24,408 nt of DNA, from NCBI GenBank assembly GCA_018819375.1, contig JAHJQH010000071.1, forward strand, positions 1 to 24,408, in the 5' to 3' direction. This DNA comes from Nanobdellota archaeon. GTDB lineage: Archaea; Nanobdellota; Nanobdellia; SCGC-AAA011-G17; GW2011-AR20. The notes below the pieces were generated by a model, which ran no database searches, was not told the DNA's origin, and saw only the letters and a program-made list of their open reading frames with translations. The translations under genes and the position numbers were made by a program. This document shows positions 1 through 6,994 of this stretch, in pieces; the stretch's first letter is position 1, and each line of letters starts with the position of its first letter.

Positions 1-11
1 AAAATAGAAAC

Positions 12-19
12 CTTTATAT
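12..19 (+). promoter_or_regulatory. TATA box with upstream purine-rich BRE; leaderless transcript for 43..690
   Basis: GAAAC-TTTATATA lies 23 nt upstream of the ATG at 43, typical archaeal leaderless spacing. Confidence 0.6.
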
Positions 20-42
20 ATCATCTCCGTTAGATTTAACTT

Positions 43-690
43 ATGAAAACCACAAAACCCATAAAAACAAGGGAACTATTAAAAAAACTTAAAGGAATTC
101 AGACCATTCCGTCCGTAATGACAAATCTAAACATAAACAGACAAAAAGCTGTTTACTGCATTTACAGACTAAGAAAACAAGGTTATGTTAAGACAAAAAG
201 ACAATCAACAAAAAAGAGGATATACTACGTCTCTTTTGAAAACAAGTTAGGGGGTTCAACTTATGAAGAACTAATAAACAAAAACTCTCCAATAAAAATC
301 TCAGTTTCAGGAACACATCAGGTTTATGGCAGAACACCAACACCAGAAGAAGCATTAATATATGCATTAAAAACAAAAAACTTCAGAACCATCCTTGCTT
401 CATTAGGCCTTTTTAGAAAAATAAAAGACTGGAAACTCCTCTATCATCTAGCAAAACAGAACAACTTAAGAAAAGAAATAGGGGCGTTGTATGAACTATC
501 AAGAAAAAGAATCAGAACAAGAAGAACCACAAAAACTTTCCTTAATCAATCCTCTCCAGAAAAAACAGAAAAATACAAATATATCCTCCCAAACATGAAA
601 TCCAAAGATTTCAATGAGATTCAAAAAAAATGGAGAGTTTACATTCCATTTAATAAAAAAGATTTAGAGGTATACAACACAGGAATATGA
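43..690 (+). CDS. Winged-helix protein, AbiEi-like (type IV TA antitoxin/regulator-like)
   Basis: N-terminal wHTH pattern (AVYCIYRLRKQGYV...RIYYVS); C-terminal TPEEALIYAL...DWKLLYHLAKQ; 4-nt ATGA overlap with the downstream nucleotidyltransferase. Confidence 0.6.
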   Translation: MKTTKPIKTRELLKKLKGIQTIPSVMTNLNINRQKAVYCIYRLRKQGYVKTKRQSTKKRIYYVSFENKLGGSTYEELINKNSPIKISVSGTHQVYGRTPTPEEALIYALKTKNFRTILASLGLFRKIKDWKLLYHLAKQNNLRKEIGALYELSRKRIRTRRTTKTFLNQSSPEKTEKYKYILPNMKSKDFNEIQKKWRVYIPFNKKDLEVYNTGI

Positions 691-1367
691 TAACTATAGA
701 AGAACAGCAATCATTGTTGCTGAACATTTCAAACAAGCTAAAAAAAAGAATAACAATTTATGCAATAGGTGGGACAGCTATGATGTTTCTTGGATTAAAA
801 GATGCAACCTTGGATATTGACCTTGTGTTTGATACAGAAAAAGAAAGAGAAACCTTCATTAATACTGCAAAAGATTTAGGTTACATAAAAGCAGACCCCA
901 TAAAGATTTATGGAAAAAAGAAAAACCAGCCAGAAATGCTCACCTTAGGCGAGCATAGGTTTGACCTTTTTCTAAGCGAGGTGATTCACTTTTATTTTTC
1001 AGAAGATATGAAAAAAAGAGCAGTAAGAATTTATGAGATAGGAAAAAACCTTATTCTCAAAATAGCAGATCCTCAGGACATACTTCTTATGAAATGTGCA
1101 ACAGACAGGATGAAAGACAAGGATGACGCAAAATCAATAATAGAAGAAACAAAAATAAATTGGGAAATACTTATAGACGAGGCAAAAAATCAGGTTAAGT
1201 TAGGTAAAGAAAGGGCTTTATTTGATTTGGGAATTTTCCTTGATGACCTGAAAAAAGCAAAAATAAAAATCCCGGCAAAAGTTCTGGACGAGATATATAA
1301 GCTGGTAAATGCACAAATAAAACGGAAATCGAACAGGCAGATTTTTATACTGAAAAGTCTTAAATAA
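687..1367 (+). CDS. Nucleotidyltransferase, DUF6036/AbiEii-like
   Basis: IGGTAM...TLDIDL polymerase-beta-type NTase motif and later KCAT.RMKDKDD motif. Confidence 0.75.
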   Translation: MITIEEQQSLLLNISNKLKKRITIYAIGGTAMMFLGLKDATLDIDLVFDTEKERETFINTAKDLGYIKADPIKIYGKKKNQPEMLTLGEHRFDLFLSEVIHFYFSEDMKKRAVRIYEIGKNLILKIADPQDILLMKCATDRMKDKDDAKSIIEETKINWEILIDEAKNQVKLGKERALFDLGIFLDDLKKAKIKIPAKVLDEIYKLVNAQIKRKSNRQIFILKSLK

Positions 1368-1372
1368 ACTAA

Positions 1373-1747
1373 ATGAGAAATACAATATTTTTAGTTGGAT
1401 TGTTAGTAATTCTGTTATTCATTAGTGGGTGTGGTGCCCAAATTGAAACCCCTTCAAATGTTTCAAATAGTCTTGCCTCCCCCAAGCAAGATGAAAAAAT
1501 AAATAATCAGATTGAACCATCTATTAAAGATATGTATGGAGAACCCTGTGAAAGTCTTGAAGATTGCGGGGAGTGGATACCAATCTCAGAACCAGAATGT
1601 TTAGGGAATAACCTATTTCAAAGATTTAATAAAACAAGATGTTTGCCAAAAGATGCAATGCATATAAGGGAAACAAATACGATAGAAAGAGATTTCACAA
1701 CCATTTGTAAATATCAAGCTGTTTTGGAGAGAATAGGGAGTTGTTAA
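1373..1747 (+). CDS. Small Cys-rich secreted/lipoprotein-like protein
   Basis: Hydrophobic N-terminus ending in the lipobox-like ISGC; six further Cys. Confidence 0.6.
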   Translation: MRNTIFLVGLLVILLFISGCGAQIETPSNVSNSLASPKQDEKINNQIEPSIKDMYGEPCESLEDCGEWIPISEPECLGNNLFQRFNKTRCLPKDAMHIRETNTIERDFTTICKYQAVLERIGSC

Positions 1748-1752
1748 AATAA

Positions 1753-2120
1753 ATGGGTGTTTATTTAACTAAGAAGATGGTAAAGAAGAACCTTAATCAA
1801 CAAGATTTAAAAAAGCTTTATAAAAGATATCTGAGAAATAAAGCAGACTATAACTTTAATATGGGCATATTCCTTGGAATAGTTTTTGGAGTTGTTATTA
1901 ATATTTGGGCGGTAATGCTTTATGAAAACTATCTTAAACAAGCCAACCAAGTGAAATAAAAAGATTTATTTTGTGGGGGGCGGTTATCATAATAGTTATA
2001 ATTATCCTTTTAACGATAAGAATAATAAAAAGAAGGATAGAAAATTTTAGGATTGTAGAGATTTTAAATGAACAGAATGAAGAACGACCTCCTTACTCAA
2101 ACCCAAAAATTTTATTGTAA
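1753..2120 (+). pseudogene. Two-TM membrane protein interrupted by a frameshift near 1945-1950
   Basis: ORF 1753..1959 stops, but the -1 frame is open from 1950 to TAA 2118-2120 and reads SEIKRFILWGAVIIIVIIILLTIRIIKRRIENF...PKILL (a second TM helix). Confidence 0.6.
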
Positions 2121-2190
2121 CTAGATTAGATAGGGATTAATCTTAACCCTCACCTCAAACATCTTGATCATCCCCCACAAAAACCCAATC

Positions 2191-2199
2191 ATATATAAA
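2191..2199 (+). promoter_or_regulatory. TATA box for the PIN gene
   Basis: ATATATAAA lies 23 nt upstream of ATG 2223. Confidence 0.5.
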
Positions 2200-2222
2200 T
2201 CATTAGATTAAACTAATTTTTC

Positions 2223-2825
2223 ATGAAAAATAAGATTATGATATTTAGTCATTTTAAGGGGGGAATAATAAAAAAGTGTTTTGGGGTCGGTTTAGATGCA
2301 GGAGTTCTTATTGCACTCATAACAAATCCAATAAAATCAAAGGAAATTTTACTTGAAGATTTGCAGGAACAAAAAGATTTGCTTTATACTCATCCTATAG
2401 CTTTCCAAGAAGCAAGAAGAAGATTATACAGGGGATTTAATTATTCTTGGGAAGAATCATTAAAGGTTCTAAAGAATCTCAAAAAGGAGTTTAACATTAA
2501 AGAAGTTTCATTAATAAAAAATAATCCAAAATTAAAAGAGCTTGATAAGTTATGTGAAAAAGATAATTGTGATGCTGGGGACAATGACAAAAAGATAATA
2601 TCCGACTTTAAAGAATCAGGTATTTTCCTCACTTATTCCAACAACAATCATTTTATTCGAGCATCAAAACTCATAGGATTAAATTCAAGAAAATTTCCAT
2701 CAGATGATAAAATCCTAAAAAAGAAGTATTATGACGCCTTGATTAACAAACCTAAACAAAAGAGGGGTCGGAGTAGATTTCGAAAGCCTTTTCTCGGTTT
2801 CCTTTTGCCTTTTCTAAGGATTTAA
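2223..2825 (+). CDS. PIN-domain (VapC-like) nuclease
   Basis: VGLDAGVLIAL (first acidic site), PIAFQEA, GDNDKKII and LTYSNNNHF in PIN-fold order. Confidence 0.6.
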   Translation: MKNKIMIFSHFKGGIIKKCFGVGLDAGVLIALITNPIKSKEILLEDLQEQKDLLYTHPIAFQEARRRLYRGFNYSWEESLKVLKNLKKEFNIKEVSLIKNNPKLKELDKLCEKDNCDAGDNDKKIISDFKESGIFLTYSNNNHFIRASKLIGLNSRKFPSDDKILKKKYYDALINKPKQKRGRSRFRKPFLGFLLPFLRI

Positions 2826-3075
2826 ACCAGAACTCTTTTCTATCCTGCTCTATCCCTTCTGTTACCGCTTTCATCTTTCTTTCATCCACATTCAACATAG
2901 ACCAAAGTTCAAAGTTTATAAGTGCTTTTTGCCTTTTCACTCCCTCTTGGACAATTTCCTTGACAATATCCTTAAAAACAGGATTATCCTGAATATCCTG
3001 AACAATTCTTTGTTCTATTTCCTCTATATAAGTATTAGAAAATATTTCGATATTGTTGTTTAAAATGGATTCCAT
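2752..3075 (-). CDS. Hypothetical acidic helical protein, convergent with and overlapping the PIN gene by 74 bp
   Basis: 107-aa ORF with protein-like composition. Confidence 0.6.
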   Translation of the reverse strand: MESILNNNIEIFSNTYIEEIEQRIVQDIQDNPVFKDIVKEIVQEGVKRQKALINFELWSMLNVDERKMKAVTEGIEQDRKEFWFKSLEKAKGNREKAFEIYSDPSFV

Positions 3076-3186
3076 ATGAATAACCTACTTATCTGCTTAT
3101 AACACAAACATATCAATTGTTGTTACATTAACATCAATATTGATAGTATATAAAGTTTATTACTACGCAAAATATAGGTGATTCCA

Positions 3187-3309
3187 TCACTTCTTCTCAA
3201 AAAGTTCAACCTGGTCGCTGTCTTCCAAGATATGCTCCAAACCAACTTGTTAACTACTGAATCTTGCACTCTTTCCCCAAACCCTCGCATACCTGAACTT
3301 CTTAATAAA
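3187..3309 (-). pseudogene. Decayed C-terminal TGS-domain fragment of a DRG/Obg GTPase
   Basis: Reverse strand translates FIKKFRYARVWGKSARFSS*QVGLEHILEDSDQVELFEKK*, matching the end of 4831..5739 (YARIWGPSAKFDGQQVGMEHILEDGDVVELFENR); one in-frame TAA; no start codon. Confidence 0.85.
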
Positions 3310-3431
3310 AAATATGCCAAGAAAGAGTTAAACAAGCGAAAACACCCATAAAAAAGTCCAAATGGTCTTTTTATTCCATCTTAAAAGATACTCACTCTTT
3401 CTTCTCATTTAGTAAATTATTCATTTTAAAC

Positions 3432-4565
3432 TTATTCCATCCTAGCTAAAATATCCTCAAGAGATGTAGAAACATACCCAATACTCTTATCTGACGCACC
3501 ATAAAAATGAGTTATGAATTTTTTATCTGAAGATAAAAAATGGGAAGTAGGGAAAACAACACCCTCATGACAAATTACGCCTTGTTCAAGTTCCCATAGT
3601 TCTTCTGGTTTAATAAGAGGTTTATAAGTTCTCGCAATTATCTTCTGAGGATTATCTGAGTCTGCTAAAGCTACTCCTAAAACATATTTCATTTTTGGTT
3701 TTATAATAGCACCATGATAAAATATTAATGTTCCTTCTTCTATCTCAACTGGTTGTCCTGCTAACCCAATATGACTTTTCTCCCAATCATATTCTTGTCT
3801 TAACAAACTAAAATTATCGATATTCTTTACAACTTTTTGCCAAAATTCATGTTTTGCAAGTTCTAAAAAGTCCTTAACATACACAATTTGAATATCTGGG
3901 AGAAGTCTAATTAGAACGCCATAATGTTCTTCCCCATCTACCAATATTTTTTTGGGCCAAATTGAACAATCTTTTGTATCTAAATAAAAAGGAGTTTTTG
4001 GAGTGAATAAATTACCTTTTGCTTTAGATTTTATAATGTTGGTTTTATGAACATAACCCCATTTTTCTTTATATCTCCTTACAGGAACGAGGTTTATAGA
4101 TTCTTCAGCCGCGATATTAGGAAACCACACACCAAAACTATGCCAAGATAAAGAATCTTCCAAATCCCCCTCATTTCTTATATATTCTGTTCTAGCATTA
4201 TAACCATCATAATGAACCAAAAATGCATGAACAACATCTTCTCCAGGGGTGGTAGCAAATCTTAAATCTTCCACCCCACGATAACCATAAGGTTCTTCGG
4301 GAATAAAAATAGCTCTTTCAGTATCTTCTAATACCTCAACAAAACCTTCATCATTTAATTTGGCATCATACCTTACAATAGCTGAATTATCACCATGCTC
4401 ATCACCATAAATAAGCCTGCCAAAGATTAATAACTTGTTGGGGTTACAAGGAAAAACAGCTGGATTGGTAATTCCCTTTCTTTTGAACTTTTTAGTTAAA
4501 GGTAAGCCAGGAACAGGTCTATCTTTATCACCTTTAATTGTCATTACCAATTGTTTTTTACACAT
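3432..4565 (-). CDS. GH130-family glycoside phosphorylase/hydrolase (DUF377-like beta-propeller)
   Basis: Motifs ITNPAV, GVEDLR, TKDCSIWPKK, HIGLAGQPVEIEEGTLIFYHG, VVFPT, FYGASD; real start probably ATG 4565 or 4544, since the track start at 4712 lies in the repeat. Confidence 0.8.
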   Translation of the reverse strand: MCKKQLVMTIKGDKDRPVPGLPLTKKFKRKGITNPAVFPCNPNKLLIFGRLIYGDEHGDNSAIVRYDAKLNDEGFVEVLEDTERAIFIPEEPYGYRGVEDLRFATTPGEDVVHAFLVHYDGYNARTEYIRNEGDLEDSLSWHSFGVWFPNIAAEESINLVPVRRYKEKWGYVHKTNIIKSKAKGNLFTPKTPFYLDTKDCSIWPKKILVDGEEHYGVLIRLLPDIQIVYVKDFLELAKHEFWQKVVKNIDNFSLLRQEYDWEKSHIGLAGQPVEIEEGTLIFYHGAIIKPKMKYVLGVALADSDNPQKIIARTYKPLIKPEELWELEQGVICHEGVVFPTSHFLSSDKKFITHFYGASDKSIGYVSTSLEDILARME

Positions 4566-4673
4566 ATTTAATAATCTAAAAATAACCTTCTTAAGGTTAT
4601 CTGAAAAAGATATTTTATATATCTCACCCCCCAGCATACAACCCAGCCACACCTTTTTGAGCACACAACGAAA

Positions 4674-4717
4674 AAAGGTCTGTTGAACCCTACCTGTTCT
4701 CAAAAAGTTCAACTACA
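4674..4717. repeat. 44-bp exact direct repeat, copy 1 (duplicate of GTPase 3' end plus stop)
   Basis: AAAGGTCTGTTGAACCCTACCTGTTCTCAAAAAGTTCAACTACA is identical at 4815-4858. Confidence 0.95.
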
Positions 4718-4814
4718 CCTTTGTAAAAACATAAACGAGCGTCAGCGAGCAATGCAAGATGTCGCGAAGCGAGATCTGCTCCGCATACAAGGTAGGTTCA
4801 CCTTGTCAAAGAAG
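4718..4814. mobile_element. 97-bp hairpin-rich non-coding element between the 44-bp repeats (MITE/REP-like or integration scar)
   Basis: GC-rich core with hairpin AGATgTCGC-GAA-GCGAgATCT (4757-4777) and perfect ACAAGGT-aggttc-ACCTTGT (4787-4806); no ORF of its own. Confidence 0.45.
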
Positions 4815-4858
4815 AAAGGTCTGTTGAACCCTACCTGTTCTCAAAAAGTTCAACTACA
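4815..4858. repeat. 44-bp exact direct repeat, copy 2 (overlaps the GTPase stop)
   Basis: Identical to 4674-4717. Confidence 0.95.
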
Positions 4859-5739
4859 TCCCCATCTTCCAAGATATGTTCCATTCCTACCTGTTGCCCG
4901 TCAAATTTAGCAGATGGCCCCCAAATTCGAGCATAAGGCTGTTTTTTAGAATTTATACCGGTTTTTTTATTTCTCTTGATGAAATCCTTGTGGATTCTCA
5001 TTGCAAAATCCCTCACATTACTTCCAGCAGAAAGGGCAACCGGAATGCCAGTCATCTTTTTCTTGTTCCTGTCTTTTGTATGAATCTTAATCAACCCCAA
5101 ACTTTTCCATATTCTTTCCCTTGCTTCATCAATCCCAAGTCCATTTTCCCCTTTCAGTCCAACTACAATGCTTTTCTTATGAATGTCATTTTTCTCTAAC
5201 TCGGATTTCACGAGCTTGACCTGTTTATCAACATCCCTCAGCATGTCCACAACAAAAATAACAACATCACACATCCTGATAACACCCAAAAAACTAGGCC
5301 CATTCTCAGTTTCATAATAATTCCTGACAATTGCGGGAACTTCAACAACCTGTACCTTAACACCAGAATAATTCATAATTCCAACTTCTGGTTTGAAAGT
5401 GGTAAAATCGTGCTCACTTACTTTGACCTTAGCTCCAGTAAGTGCTTTCAGCAAAGTGCTCTTTCCTGAATTAGTCACTCCGACAAGGCAGACACAGGCA
5501 TCACCCTCTCTCTTAACACCTATCCCGCCCCCCCCTCCTTTTTTTCCTTTTTCTTTTTTCAGCAGATCTCTTGCCTTAGCTAACTTCCTCTTTATCTCAT
5601 CTCTTAATTTTTCAGAACCTTTATGAGAAGGAGCAGTGGAGAGCATTTTCTGAAGTGCCTTAATCCTCTCTTCAGTAGTTTGTGCTTCGTGATACCCTTC
5701 CTCTGCCAATCCATATTCATATGTTGCATTAATCGGCAT
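4831..5739 (-). CDS. DRG/Obg-family GTP-binding protein with TGS domain
   Basis: APSHKG N-terminal motif, G1 GVTNSGKS, G2 FTT, G3-like EVPA, TGS YARIWG..AKF.GQ.VG.EH.LEDGD.VE. Confidence 0.93.
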   Translation of the reverse strand: MPINATYEYGLAEEGYHEAQTTEERIKALQKMLSTAPSHKGSEKLRDEIKRKLAKARDLLKKEKGKKGGGGGIGVKREGDACVCLVGVTNSGKSTLLKALTGAKVKVSEHDFTTFKPEVGIMNYSGVKVQVVEVPAIVRNYYETENGPSFLGVIRMCDVVIFVVDMLRDVDKQVKLVKSELEKNDIHKKSIVVGLKGENGLGIDEARERIWKSLGLIKIHTKDRNKKKMTGIPVALSAGSNVRDFAMRIHKDFIKRNKKTGINSKKQPYARIWGPSAKFDGQQVGMEHILEDGDVVELFENR

Positions 5740-5919
5740 CTCGCATCAAGAAAGCAGAATTCCTTCAAGTATAAAAACCTAACCACCTAAATTCATTGTG
5801 TGCTATGTCACGAAGTTATACCTCACATAAACTCATGGTTACCTTAAAATTTGGTGAAGGGTTAAAACAAAAGAAAAGCAGGATTTATATACTTTAATTT
5901 ACTTATTACATCAAATAAA

Positions 5920-6150
5920 ATGGGAATCAATGATTATCAAAAACCAACAAAAGAAGAATACCCTACAAAAAACCATACAAGATACAATAGTTCAATAATC
6001 TTTCCAGAAACAAATAAACTAAAATTTCGGAAAGAGAGCGAACTCACACTTGAACAACGAACAGACCCTGACTACAGAATAAAACAATTAGAAAAACTTA
6101 ACATTGGAAAACTCCTGATTACGTGTGCCAAATGCCATCATTGCAGGTAG
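5920..6150 (+). CDS. Small hypothetical protein with C-terminal CxxC-H-C cluster (possible Zn binding)
   Basis: 76-aa ORF ending CAKCHHCR; TTTATATA at 5884-5891 upstream. Confidence 0.55.
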   Translation: MGINDYQKPTKEEYPTKNHTRYNSSIIFPETNKLKFRKESELTLEQRTDPDYRIKQLEKLNIGKLLITCAKCHHCR

Positions 6151-6336
6151 ATTATAGGTAAAATTAAACCCCCTTCCTTTTCTGTTAACTTAAAGGCTGG
6201 TGACAAATGTCTTTGCTCCATATAATTCACACCAAAAACCAACAAACCCCAAAAAACCGCAAAGTATTTAAACAACCAAAAACTAAGAACTAACATCTTA
6301 CTTCTAGTAAATAGAAATAAAAAAAGCAGTTAAAAA

Positions 6337-6984
6337 ATGGAAATGGGAAAAAACGAGTTGTTGAAAAGCGGAACAACTACTATTGGAATGGTATGCAAAG
6401 ATGGAATTGTCCTCGCCGCAGACAAAAGAGCAACAATGGGCAATTATATCGCAGACAGGAAAGCACAAAAAATACACCAAATCTCAAAAGCCATAGCAAT
6501 CACGATAGCAGGAAATGTGGCAGATGCTCAATTAATCATAAAAATAATAACCGCCCAGCTTAAGCTGGAAGAAATGAGAAAAGGAAGACTGCCTTCTGTG
6601 AAAGAAGCAGCAAGCTTGTTAGCAAACATAGTTTATTCAAACATAAGAAAATTCAGCACAATCCCGGGAATAACTCATTTTCTAATTGGAGGTTCTGATT
6701 CTGAAGGATTTCATTTGTATGAAATATTTGTGGATGGTAGCACAACCAAACACGATGATTTCGTAGCTTCTGGTTCAGGAAGTCCAATGGTCTGGGGGTA
6801 TCTGGAGAATCTGTATAAGAAAAATATGGAGATAGAGGAAGTAGTACAATTAGCAATAAAATCTTTAAACGCTGCGATACAGAGAGATAGTGCAAGTGGA
6901 AGTGGAATAGACATAATCCAAATAACAAAAGACGGATTCAGTAAGATACTGGAAAAAGAAATACAAACAAAAGTGGCAGTGTAA
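6337..6984 (+). CDS. psmB: 20S proteasome beta subunit
   Basis: Short propeptide then G|TTTIG, LAADKRAT, SGSGS, RDSASG motifs. Confidence 0.97.
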   Translation: MEMGKNELLKSGTTTIGMVCKDGIVLAADKRATMGNYIADRKAQKIHQISKAIAITIAGNVADAQLIIKIITAQLKLEEMRKGRLPSVKEAASLLANIVYSNIRKFSTIPGITHFLIGGSDSEGFHLYEIFVDGSTTKHDDFVASGSGSPMVWGYLENLYKKNMEIEEVVQLAIKSLNAAIQRDSASGSGIDIIQITKDGFSKILEKEIQTKVAV

Positions 6985-6994
6985 ATTCTTTATA

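Noticed and set aside
3250-3252. In-frame TAA in the TGS fragment as possible stop-codon recoding
   Set aside because: TAA is a normal stop throughout the window; a CAA>TAA decay mutation is simpler
3123-3335. 70-aa track ORF
   Set aside because: It is an alternative frame over the TGS pseudogene fragment, which explains the sequence better
3371-3441. TTATTCCATC present twice near the glycosidase stop
   Set aside because: A 10-bp AT-rich match is too weak to interpret
4676-4694. GGTTCAA resembling a tRNA T-loop in the 44-bp repeat (minus strand)
   Set aside because: The pairing register does not give a 5-bp stem with a TTCRA loop, and no other tRNA arms are present
4566-4712. 49-aa N-terminal extension of the glycosidase
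   Set aside because: Starts at a TTG inside the repeat and runs through a likely TATA region (about 4612-4621)
4674-4858. Possible CRISPR array (also considered for 22982-23184)
   Set aside because: Only two copies each, spacer lengths outside the CRISPR range, and no cas genes
4683-4910. Plus-strand ORF with duplicated NPTCSQKVQLH peptide
   Set aside because: The peptide repeat is a by-product of the 44-bp DNA repeat and is antisense to the GTPase end
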